The translations under genes and the position numbers were made by a program. 64,000 nt of DNA from Phoronis australis (taxonomy: Eukaryota > Animalia > Phoronida), in the NCBI GenBank assembly GCA_002633005.1, contig NMRA01000771.1, positions 93,104 to 157,103 on the forward strand, written 5' to 3'. The notes beneath the pieces are model-generated. The model was given only the letters and a program-made list of their open reading frames with translations. It searched no databases and had not been told where the DNA came from. Below, one piece after another: positions 25,681 to 37,020 of the stretch (positions within the stretch are counted from its first letter, which is position 1; each line of letters opens with the position of its first letter).

Positions 25681-28600
25681 GTGAGTAGCCTCGTGGATTT
25701 TGGAGAATTAAATCCACTCGGGCTCTAGATAACGGGGATAACGACTTCGCCATGTAATAATCTATATTGTATTTTATTTTCATCACGCCAGTTTAAAATC
25801 ACGCATCAGTAGATCGCAAGCAAAAAATGTCATAAACCAGCAGACGCGAAGTTTCTGTCTATAAAAAGGAATTTTCCCCAGGGTGTCTTCGCTAAGTAAA
25901 GTATACGTGTCATTCTCCGCCTACTCAAAAATGCACATTAGGTTCACGCTGCCTTGGGTATTCATGAAGTGCTGCAGTACTTTCGGGTCGGGGGACACCA
26001 GTGTGTCAACTAGTGCACTAAACAAAAAATAGAGTTTTGTGTTGGTCGTGTGAGGGTGTAAAAGTCTTCATCAATAGCCAGTTTTTGTTCTTAAATGTCG
26101 TAAAGTAAAACGATGATGGGGAGAGCTAAATTCGCCAGCAAGCAACAGAAGCACTACAAAACGTCCACTTTTACGAGTGCTTTCAGGAGTGTTTCAAACG
26201 AAAACAGGTACTACAGACCGTCGAGTATCTATGGCGTAATGTACTATGTATAGATAATTTCTGAGTTTTAAACCGAAACTCTCCGTTGTCCTGGAAAACA
26301 CTTGAGTTTTGTCAACATAGAGACATCGAAATATTTCGTAAACAACATCCCTGTGTTTGCGTTATTTTATGTTGATTTTTCCAAATTTACACTGGTTTAT
26401 GCTGCTTGGCTGTGATTATTCTGGTTATTTACCCTCTATTCAACTGATTCGCACTTTTGTGTCCGTGACACAAAATTACTACTCCCTAAATAATCTTCGT
26501 CAGTTGGTAAAATTTCATTTTCATATTATGTTGTTAAGGATTTATCAGTAATTCGAATCCAGCTGAAGTTTGATAGCCGGTACTTCATGTACGTCGTTCT
26601 TTGTGCAATATTCTGTAAACATATCACTTGCGAGCCGCATTACCATGCAAGTAATGAACGATGATAATAAATTACGTTAGACATCATCGGTCACAAGCTG
26701 AAAAATCCAGGCGTTGAGGATGATTTTCGGGCAGGTTTCTTCCCAGCTGTCTTCCAAAACTTGGTTGGGGAGAAACCCAGATGACACGTGGGTCTCTTTT
26801 GCCTTCAGAGCCCTCTACATCTCCGGCAAACGGCCCTCATTAGTAGTGAGGGTAACCTTCGGTTGCACGCGCGTCCTTTGGGCACATGCCTTACGGGACT
26901 TAATCATGTTTCATATTTCAGATCAGCGTGAAAACCTACCGTACCATATTGATTGCAACCGCTTTCTCACTAGACATCCCAACGTCCTAGTTTTAAGGTG
27001 GTGTCGCGTGAAATTTCTTCCCCGTGAAATTTCTTCCCACTCTGACCCTTTTGCGCATGCGCGGTATTGAGGGGAAGTTATTTCACGTCTAAGGCATGAA
27101 ATTTCTTCCCCCGTGAAATTTCTTCCCAAATGAAGACGGCAAAGCACAGCTATAAAATAAGCCTAAAAATATAAAGTCACTACGTGTGTGATAATGTAAC
27201 GATTTTAGTCAATTGCCATTGTTATGTTAGACATTGGTAAATGAATTATAATTAGATTTACTTCAATTCAGTCGCCGGTCAGTACTGAGGCTTGCGCACG
27301 TATGGCCTAGTATACTTTGCGGGTTGTGATCATGCTTTTGTTTGTTTTATTGTACTATTTAAACTGTATTATGAGCTAATATTACTTATGTTAATAAACC
27401 TGTCACCCTCTGTCTCGCTCTCTCTGTCTCTTTCTCTCTACTTGCGGGGAGGAATCCCGTTAGCTAGGTAGGATCGTGCCCCCGGCCTGCCTAGTGCTGC
27501 CGTGGAGTGCATCCGGACCGGGGAGTCCTCTGTTGAAAGGCACATTAGTAAAAAGCACTTTCAAAAAAGTGACATTCTGTAGACTGTATACTTATAATTG
27601 ATTTATAAGATTAAAATATTTCTGAATTTCATTTCCTGGCCTGGGCGTGGCCCGACCTTAGGCCCGTCGCAGTCCGGTCGGGTGAAGGCGCTCTTCGTCG
27701 TCACACCGATCTGAGTGTTCTTTTTCGCTTGTACTGAATTTCCCTCAAGAATATGTTAGAAATACTCGAATGTGTAAAAATACTCGGTTGGGTATATTCC
27801 CAGTAAGGCATTATCATTTGTTGTGGTACGTAATAAGTTAAAATAATCGACGCCCACCTGTATGACCGAAGGCGATGATCCCGGAGAAAAAAGGTGTCTT
27901 GTGTGAAATAGCGTTCCTACAGAATCAAACGCATCTTTCAGAAAAGTCTTACAAAAATGTACACTAAAAGAAAACACAGAAATTGGAAACCTTGTTTTTT
28001 CCAGGAAATTCAGTTCATAAGATTCGGAAAAAGGGAAAAGTTTTCAAAATCGGTTTAGGAAAGCTCCAGCAAGCGAAATCATGAATTAGCGAGAATCAGG
28101 AAACGTATTAAAAACTCTAAGATCATTTTACGAAATCACACGCCGTGGGAAAAATGGACCATCACAGCTACAATGGGTAAAAGTTGTAGTAAACTATTTA
28201 CACTTTCTTGCTAAGGAAACTGAATTCGAAGATTAAAAATCTTTGAATGCGCCCTGAGCGCGTGGAGCGCTTCGAAAAGGAAGCCGGAGATCAATCCTTG
28301 ATAAACAAGACTATTTTAGTCTGTTATATTCCATAGTGCTGTATATCAAGGAACTTGCAAATATATATGTAGTAGGAATTACTTACTTCATGCGGGAACA
28401 AGACGAACGAGTATCCTGAGTGAATTGAAATAAGGTGCAGATCAAACCATATAATAAACAGTTTTCAATTCGTAGGCCTATCAAAAATGTCTTGATAATT
28501 CGGAAAAACTAAAAACTGTCCAAGAAAATTATTTCTTGACCAAAGAAATTGAAGGCCTTGGTATCTTTAGCAAAACTTGAGAATACAGTACCCTATTTTT

Positions 28601-29259
28601 AATTAAACGTTTTTGAAATATCGCAAAAATGTCAAACTGAAAATAATTCAACGTACTCGAAATGCGATTTTATTCTGGCTGGCACCAGAAAGACTGGAAC
28701 TGACGCTTGTTTCTTTATACAACGAAGGCACAGGGGCCTACTCTTTACGTATATACGGGTGTGTGTGCGAGTGTATAATTAAACAATGCACTATTACAGA
28801 CCCCTAAATTAGTGATATTCCATCGATTTTGACTGAATATTTAATGTTTCCCACTTATTTTCGGGTTACCAATCCAGTTTAAACATGTCCTTCAAGGAAT
28901 TATCTCAGTGCATTGTAAAAATAACTAATTTTTTATAGCCCAGAATTCTTTGTAGGCCCATAAACGAAATGGACCTTACCTAGAAATGTTAAGTGACATA
29001 ATTGAAGTTCAAGAATTATTACAACCTCAATTTTCTGTGTGGAGGTTAACTTGATTCGCCAAAGAATCCCAATCAAAAAATTTTATGACCTATAAGTTTA
29101 TTGGTTAGCAGTGAAACATGCCCAGACAAGTTTTCATTTATTGAGAAGTCAGTAAATATTTTACAAGAAAACAGGTGTTCTATAACTTGATAAAATATGA
29201 AAGCCAAAAACCTAGCATAAATGGAGCCACAGCTAGAATTCGTAAACATTTTTGTACAA

Positions 29260-29860
29260 ACTTAGACCAAAATCGCTTTCAAAATCTTCAATTTTTAGAG
29301 CTCATCTACGAAAGTTGGTACAGTACATATTCATAATGTCTAACTCTTGGAGACAAAACACATGGTATTTAACTTGGTTAACTGTGAGAAGCAAAAAGCT
29401 AACATGACTGGGACCTATTATGAATTTCGCACAAATTTTGCTACATATTCAACCCAATATCGCTTACAAAATCTACAATTTCTGGAGCACATCAGCGAAA
29501 GTTGGTACAGTACATAGTCATCATGTCTAATGAAAGTCTTGGAGACAAAACCACATGTTCCTTAACTTGATTACCTTTGAGAGCTAAAAAACTAGCATGA
29601 CTGAGGCCAATAATGAAATTCGCACAAATTTTAATACATATTCAAACCAAAATCGCTTTCAAAATCAACAATTGTTGGAGCACACCTACGAAACTTGGTA
29701 CAGAACACATTCGTAATGTCTAATGAAAGTCTTGAAGACAAAAACACATAATCCTTAACTTGGTTAAATGTGAGAAGCAAAAAGCTAGGATAACTGAGGC
29801 CGCAATTACTAAGTCCCAAATATTCTAATACGCAACCGCTTTCAAAATCTACAACTCTGA
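29260..29860. repeat. ~190 bp tandem repeat, about 3.2 diverged units
   Basis: CCAA.ATCGCTT.CAAAATC...GAAA.TTGGTACAG.ACA..T...TCTTG.AGACAAAA recurs at ~29268, ~29454 and ~29647, with a partial copy at ~29835. Confidence 0.75.
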
Positions 29861-30174
29861 AATTGTATAAAATATTTTTCTCAATGTGTACTGAAAATTC
29901 AGGGACCATAAACAGATGTTTTCTCACTTGAATATATACGAGAGCCAAAGAACTAGCATTTTTAGGTAACCATTTGAAAACATCAGAAGCGTGTGTGTCG
30001 TAACCTTGAAGAAGACTTGTCCAAACAGCAACGCAGCTGGAAACGAAGAAAATCAGAAGTTAAACAGTACACAAAAAATCAAGAAATCAGCATAATATGT
30101 TGTTATGAATTTCTGATAATGGGACAAATTTCCACTTCTCTTTAAAGAGGCAAGTGAATGCTCGTCAACAATTG

Positions 30175-30799
30175 CTGAATAGTTAGGCTGTGGCCGCGGC
30201 CAATTTTGGGGTAGGCCAAGTTTGGGGGCATTTTGTAGGTGGGCATTGCACGTAGGCTCAGTGAATGTGGTTTGTTTGTATTTGTGAACATGCTGTGAAT
30301 AAAAAAGGCCACTTTCTTGGCTGTAGCTGCACTCTTCTTCAAGATGGCGGCCCCCGGCTGCAATTGTGCATTGTTTGCGACCGAGAAATTGGCTGTGATT
30401 TTAGGTAGCCCTCAAACAAGCAAGAATTGCCAAAAAACTAGTTGGTTGACAGTACTTTTGGACCACATTTTCTGAATCGGTAGGAAATTTGCTTTCAGAC
30501 TCTAAGGTTGGTTTTAGTCGTGCATCGGCAGGGAAGTGGTGTTTTTCGAGTGAAAAGTGCCGATTTTGCATTTTTTGCCCTTATTTGTCTTAGTCTAGCT
30601 TGGTTTTCAGTGGGAATGAAATGGTCAAAAATACAAGAAAGAATAAAGTTTCTGTGCTCATCTGCTGGGCTTTTTATGTGAAATAATTTAAAACATGCCA
30701 TTCTTTGCATCCTGTTTTTGACAGAGTGAAGAAAAGGATACAAATCAAGTGATGTGTGTTTTGCAAGGCAAAACCCAGTGAGAACTGTTCTGTGCCTCC
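30175..30799. repeat. terminal module (LTDR-like), left TIR partly lost
   Basis: Near-identical to 45147-45802. Ends CTGTTCTGTGCCTCC|TTAA and contains the YY1 consensus CAAGATGGCGGC at 30340. Confidence 0.8.
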
Positions 30800-31216
30800 T
30801 TAAAAAAATGGTAAAATTTCAAGTTTGAAATATTTCAAAGTTTTGGCACTAATTCTTCTCTCTGTCACAAATCAAAGTGAGAACAATAGTTTTTGTTGAA
30901 TATTTTTTCATTTTTTTGTAAAAATTTAAGAAAGAATTGTGTGTGACTGTGTACTTGGACCAGCTGGTGGCACAGGAGCCCGGCAGCTGGGTGTAGATGT
31001 GGTGCTTGCGATTAACTTTAGACACTCATTAATGCATTTCAAATGACAATTTAATGTTCATCAGCAACAATGTGCTACAGTGCAATTAAAAACAACTACA
31101 AAACATGCTTTTACAGGTACAACAACCCTCTCTCTGCCATGGCCAGTGCATTCTTCCAAGCTTTTAAGTTCCATTTTTCCAGTTGTCGTTTGGTTTTTGC
31201 TTTGGCTAAAAAACAG

Positions 31217-33082
31217 TTAGTAACTAAGTCCGTAGCTGTGGTCAGTAGCACTAGTCGATGCCATGTTTTCCGTACTGTACACAGATTTGTCAAACATATT
31301 CGTGTTGGCCATCCTCTCCCTTAGGTAGTACCTGGCCTTTTTGTATTGTTGGCTCGACTTTCGTGTGGCATGATAAAGCTTTCTGCAGTCCACATTTCTC
31401 AACTTTCTTTTCATGGCACTGTTTTCAGGCACGGATAGTCCTGATGCCTCGGCCAGCTTCACCGTGGATTTCCCTTGTCCCAGGGTTCTGGAATGTATGG
31501 CTGAATGGCACAGACCCGTGAAATTCCGTGTGTATCGCGAAGTTTTTGGTGCGTATGCATAAACTGCTGCATTTAAACTTTCGCAAATGTTCGTGTTGAA
31601 TAGATACTTCATATCTGCTAGCTGTTCCTGGTTGAAGTAGGAGTTGATTTTTGCTTGAATTGTTTTCAAGTCTTTTTCACTGAGTTCTAGATGCCGGTCA
31701 TAAGGCAAGTGGCTTGTTGTATAGTTGCTATGATGTGCAATGCACACAGATGATAGCTCGCGACATTGCTGGTGCTGTCCTGAAAAACAGCTAGTAACAT
31801 TGTTCACTGCAGCAGCTCCAATTTTTAAAAATTCATCTTTTCCGATTTTTCTGTTTTTTAGGTTGATGAGCTCTTTTTGTACCCTAGATCGCACTGCAGA
31901 TGAAAGTTTCCTCTTATAACCGGTCTTGTTATGTGTCCTGGGCAAACTTTTCAAGTCCGCTTCGTTTACACTCTTTCCCATTCGCCTCAACCTGTGAATG
32001 AAGCATTTGTAGTGTTTGGGTTTTTTTGTTTTTGCACTGTAGAAATCACGGATGGCCTTTGCCTCTTGACTACTGGCATCAGTCGTAATGCTCCTGATAT
32101 TCAGGTCCACACCACTGTTTTCCACTGATCTGAGGCTGGCTTGTAACAGTGTGCGTTCACTTGATGCAATTGATTTTTCAGCTGGGTAGTTTTTGCTGCA
32201 GTCTTCATGCTTGCACCCGGGAATCCTGCAGTGTTTGTTCGCCGTGGCAAGGGCCAGTGGAAGTTTTCGGGTTGTTGTGTGCTCCACAAGTCCCCCGAAG
32301 CTCTGTTTAGCTTTCTCGCAGCCAGCCTGTGGCCTACTGGAGTAGGAAACGTCAAACTGAACGTCTGCAACACCCTCCCCGCCAGCCAGAGTGGTGACTT
32401 TCTTAACGTAGCGCTGGTTCTCAATCATTTGTTCTTCGTTCAATTGAGTTACTGTTTGGCTCATGGCATTCATTTTATTCTGCAGGCTGCGATTGGATGG
32501 TGGCACAATATTCAAGCATGTCAGAATGTTGATTACATCCTCGATTCCCACTTTTGACTTTAGCACAGGCAGTACAGCCTGGCTGTTCAAGGCTCCTGCT
32601 GGTGGCCCAGTCGTCTGCTGCTTGACCTCGTCGGACAATGGCACAGTGGGCGATTTATATTTGCAAACTCTGCAATGCAATGATGCACAGACACATAGTC
32701 CCAGTCTTTTTTCAACAGTTAGTTCTAGTTTTCCAAATTTGCATGCAACCTGATGCACATGTCCCACCAGGCCTGTTAAGCGACGCACGTTAATGATGAT
32801 ATTCTCATCCAGTCCCTTGCTGTCACGAATTTTTCTTTCTTTTTCAGTACTTGGCCTAAACCTGTAAGCTGTCACAGCAGCATCACAGTCAGTTAGGTGG
32901 GTGACATCCTCAGCTTCGAAATGTGTGAGACGCACAGCCTTGCAACCGTCTATTGCTGCCTCGGACTGCCTTGGTATGCTGGAGCTGCAGTGGTCCATGT
33001 TGGAGGGTCTATGTCCTTTTTTAAATTGGCTTTTTCTTCTCCCTCTGCTCCTAGTCAAACTGCGTGTCTTTTCAGGATACAT
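31217..33082 (-). CDS. DDD/E transposase, Kolobok/'Mutator-like' family, intact 621 aa
   Basis: Open 621 aa frame with CxxC motifs and candidate catalytic residues in DVQFDVSY, ITTDASS and NICESLN...APK. It also has KCFIH (CxxH) and a C-terminal DHSY. Confidence 0.8.
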   Translation of the reverse strand: MYPEKTRSLTRSRGRRKSQFKKGHRPSNMDHCSSSIPRQSEAAIDGCKAVRLTHFEAEDVTHLTDCDAAVTAYRFRPSTEKERKIRDSKGLDENIIINVRRLTGLVGHVHQVACKFGKLELTVEKRLGLCVCASLHCRVCKYKSPTVPLSDEVKQQTTGPPAGALNSQAVLPVLKSKVGIEDVINILTCLNIVPPSNRSLQNKMNAMSQTVTQLNEEQMIENQRYVKKVTTLAGGEGVADVQFDVSYSSRPQAGCEKAKQSFGGLVEHTTTRKLPLALATANKHCRIPGCKHEDCSKNYPAEKSIASSERTLLQASLRSVENSGVDLNIRSITTDASSQEAKAIRDFYSAKTKKPKHYKCFIHRLRRMGKSVNEADLKSLPRTHNKTGYKRKLSSAVRSRVQKELINLKNRKIGKDEFLKIGAAAVNNVTSCFSGQHQQCRELSSVCIAHHSNYTTSHLPYDRHLELSEKDLKTIQAKINSYFNQEQLADMKYLFNTNICESLNAAVYAYAPKTSRYTRNFTGLCHSAIHSRTLGQGKSTVKLAEASGLSVPENSAMKRKLRNVDCRKLYHATRKSSQQYKKARYYLRERMANTNMFDKSVYSTENMASTSATDHSYGLSY

Positions 33083-34018
33083 TGTGTGTGCTCACCACTC
33101 AACAGTTATGTTGTGAATGAAACTTGGCTGCCAAATTTCTTGTTCTCATGACTTTTGTGGTTATGCAAATCGACTCTAATAAATATGTCCCCTATACACA
33201 ATGGGCCTTGGTGAGAACATGTTCCACTTGTGGGGTCAGGAAATTAACTTAAATTAAACTTTTATTGTTATTTTCATATGCTAATTTATCAATTTTCCCC
33301 AATTCCCTCAATCAAAAGTCAGTTTAGTGCAAAACAGAGCAAGAAAGTGCATTTGGTGTCTTTGACTGTTAACTGGCCCTAATTCAAAAATCCCAGTTTT
33401 TGGGTGGGCACATGCAATTGGCTTGAAAAATCAAAACCGGTCATCGCTTCAAGTTTTTACTTTGCAAAATAGGTCAGCAGGTGGAACTATTCTGAAAAAA
33501 ATTTGGAAAAATGTGATTTTATTTAAAAAAATGGCAAAATTTCAAGTTTGAAATATTTCAAAGTTTTGGCACTAATTCTTCTCTCTGTCACAAATCAAAG
33601 TGAGAACAATAGTTTTTGTTGAATATTTTTTCATTTTTTTGTAAAAATTTAAGAAAGAATTGTGTGTGACTGTGTACTTGGACCAGCTGGTGGCACACGA
33701 GCCCGGCAGCTGGGTGTAGATGTGGTGCTTGCGATTAACTTTAGACACTCATTAATGCATTTCAAATGACAATTTAATGTCCATCAGCAACAATGTGCTT
33801 CAGTGCAATTAAAAACAACTACAAAACATGCTTTTACAGGTACAACAACCCTCTCTCTGCCATGGCCAGTGCTTTCTTCCAAGCTTTTAAGTATCAGTCC
33901 ACGGATCCACCGACCACTGTACAGCCAACAAGCGGCAAGGTGGGGGGTCAGCCATTCAGATCCATGTTTAGNCGGGAATCCTAAACCCCCCCTTACTGAA
34001 AACGTAGATCCACCCCTG

Positions 34019-35242
34019 AGTAGCACTAGTAGATGCCATGTTTTCCGTACTGTACACAGATTTGTCAAACATATTCGTGTTGGCCATCATCTCCCTTAGG
34101 TAGTACCTGGCCTTTTTGTATTGTTGGCTCGACTTTGGTGTGGCATGATAAAGCTTTCTGCAGTCCACATTTCTCAACTTTTTTTTCATGGCACTGTTTT
34201 CAGGCATGGATAGTCCTGATGCCTCGGCCAGTTTCACCGTGGATTTCCCTTGTCCCAGGGCTCTGGAATGTATGGCTGAATGGCACAGCCCCATGAAATT
34301 CCATGTGTATCGCGAAGTTTTTGCTGCGTATGCATAAACTGCTGCATTTAAACTTTCGCAAATGTTCGTGTTGAATAGATATTTCATATCTGCTAGCTGT
34401 TCCTGGTTGAAGTAGGAGTTGATTTTTGTTTGAATTGTTTTCAAGTCTTTTTCAATGAGTTCTCGATGCCGGTCATAAGGCAAATGGCTTGTTGTATAGT
34501 TGCTATGATGTGCAATGCACACAGATGATAGCTCGCGACATTGCTGGTGCTGTCCTGAAAAACAGCTAGTAACATTGTTCACTGTAGCAGCTCCCAATTT
34601 ATCAAAATTTATCTTTTCCGATTTTTCTGTTTTTTAGGTTGATGAGCTCTTTTTGTACCCTAGATCGCACAGCAGATGAANACATTGTTCACTGCAGCAG
34701 CTCCAATTTTTAAAAATTCATCTTTTCCGATTTTTCTGTTTTTTAGGTTGATGAGCTCTCAGGCTTTTTGTACCCTAGATCGCACAGCAGATGAAAGTTT
34801 CCTCTTATAACCGGTCTTGTTATGTGTCCTGGGCAAACTTTTCAAGTCCGCTTTGTTTACACTCTTTCCCATTCGCCTCAGTCTGAGAATGAAGCATTTG
34901 TAGTGTTTGGGTTTTTTTGTTTTTGCACTGCAGAAATCACGGATGGCCTTCGCCTCTTGACTACTGGCATCAGTCGTAATGCTCCTGATATTCAGGTCCA
35001 CACCACTGTTTTCCACTGATCTGAGCGGCCGGCTTGTAACAGTTTGCGTTCACTTGATGCAATTGATTTTTCAGCTGGGTAGTTTTTACAGCAGTCTTCA
35101 TGCTTGCACCCGGGAATCCTGCAGTGTTTGTTCGCCGTGGCAAGGGCCAGTGAAAGTTTTCGGGTCGTGTGCTCCACAAGTCCCCCGAAGCTCTGTTTAG
35201 CTTTCTCGCAGCCACCCTGTGGCCTACTGGAGTAGGAAACGT
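34019..35242 (-). pseudogene. partial transposase copy
   Basis: ORFs 33968-34597, 34759-35016 and 34992-35177 match the 621 aa protein, with frameshifts. Confidence 0.85.
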
Positions 35243-35243
35243 N

Positions 35244-37020
35244 AAGATTACTGTTGTAAGTAGTCCAGATTTAGTTCAGGAAAATGTTCCTGAACCTATG
35301 GAAACAATAGAAACTACTGGCTCTGCCACATCCGTGGTTGACCAGTCTGTAGCTCCTCCTAGTGGTGACCGAGACTCGCCACCTGTATCTAGTCGTCCTA
35401 GTAAGGCATCTGCATCCTCACCTTCTCCCTCCAAACATAAACCCAAGCCGGGAGATCTGATTTGTCCGCTCTGTAGTTTTTCAGCTGGAGAGGGCCTCTT
35501 ACAGTCACACGCTTTGACAAATCATCTACCGGCAGTTTTTGATGTCGACTCGGTGTGTCATCTCTCATCTAATGAGTTGCAGCATGCCCGTTTCGAAGCA
35601 CTGAAGTCTCTGTTCTGGCAGATTGAAGGGCGGACCATGAACAACTACGAAGATCTTCTTGACCTCGCGGGTTTAGCCGTCCGCCGCGTGGCCAAACTGC
35701 CCCGTGTAACTCTGGAAGACGAGTTACACCTAATGATCTCGTGCCGGGTACTTGGGTGGCCGATGCCAGTTACTCCTTTGTCAATTTCTGGCAGACTGCT
35801 TAACCCTGGCCTGTGCATGCACTGGTTTGTGGTGCTACATCTGATGGCGTGCGTGCCAGAGCCGAACCGTTCGGTGTGGGCCCTGTCTTTCGACTGTGGT
35901 TCAAAACAGTCCTTACCTCCGCCATTTGTAAGTCAATCGACCGCGTCTTCTGCTGTAAAAACTTATGCAAGTGCCGCTCGAGCACCAGTGAAGGCTCCTG
36001 TACTTCCGTCAGCTACAGTACCTCAAGCATTAGAGTCCGCTATAGACTCCCATTTCCATATTGATCGTTTAACAGCAGCCTATCGTTCAAAAGGCAATAT
36101 TTGTAATAACCATTTCCTGTCCATACCGGACCTTACTGATGCGACCCTTCACCGTTCGTCGTCGCATCCTATTAAACTAGTGGGTGGCATCATTGTTTTT
36201 TGCGATCCAGCGGAATACCATCGTCGCTCTATTAACGATTATGTAAGAGCTCTTCCTCAAGGGTTCAAGGCGGTGGTAGGTGTGCACCCAAAACAAGTCA
36301 GCAACTTCTCGGAGGCTGCCAGAACAACACTCTTTCAGCTTCTCTGGGAAACTTCCGTCACTGGTCTTGGCGAAATAGGATTTGAACAGTCCTTGGGTAA
36401 CGAACGTGAACAGGCTCGGTTCATTGAAGATCTGCTCCGGGACTTCGCAAATCTTACTCGTCGCCATGGANTCCGTCGCTGGTCTTGGCGAAATAGGATT
36501 TGAACAGTCCCTGGGTAACGAACGTGAACAGGCTCGGTTCATTGAAGGTCTGCTCCGGGACTTCGCAAATCTTACTCGTCGCCATGGAAGTGTGAAGGAC
36601 AAGACTTTGGTTTTCCATATCCGTTCGGCCTCCCCTGGTTCCCATTATGACTGGGGCTTCCGAACCGTGTTCAACATCATTGCAGATATTCTTCCGTCGA
36701 CCCAAAGGATCCACCTTCACACTTTTACGGGGGATACCAATGCTGTTGTGAATTTTTGCCGACAGTTCCCGAACTGCTATTTCGGGTTCTCTGGCAACTG
36801 CAATACCTTCACAAGATGGCAAGTTGATGCTTTGCGGAAGGTACCTGAAGATCGTCTCCTTTTAGAGACCGACGCTCCTCACTTGTCATTAAAGGAACGC
36901 CCAAATTATCCTCAGTTCGTTGGAGAGGTGGCTGAGGTGGTGGCCAAACATCGCGGCACGACTGTTGCACAAGTCCTTCGACAGACCGCCAGGAACGCCC
37001 GCCGATTGTATAAGCTGTAG
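35244..37020 (+). CDS. Gypsy-2 ORF3: C2H2-like zinc finger region + TatD-family nuclease
   Basis: CPLC..HALTNH, then AIDSHFH, VGVHPK, GLGEIG, LVFHIR, IHLHTF, FGFSG, LLLETDAP and NARRLY. The two track ORFs (35169-36503, 36382-37020) merge once the ~118 bp overlap duplicated around the N at 36471 is removed. The 5' half is near-identical to 59754-60520. Confidence 0.9.

Noticed and set aside
31070-33151. Recurrent plus-strand ORFs (MCYSAIKNN..., MCPGQTFQV..., MLAPGNPAV...)
   Set aside because: These are antisense shadows of the transposase unit; they recur only because the DNA is repeated.
36353-36588. Apparent frameshift or internal duplication in TatD
   Set aside because: It is an overlap duplicated around the N at 36471; removing it restores one frame.
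35244-37020. TatD as bacterial contamination or as the host TATDN gene
   Set aside because: It is contiguous with eukaryotic transposon sequence, intronless, and its 5' half is duplicated directly behind the Gypsy pol, so it is best explained as retroelement cargo.
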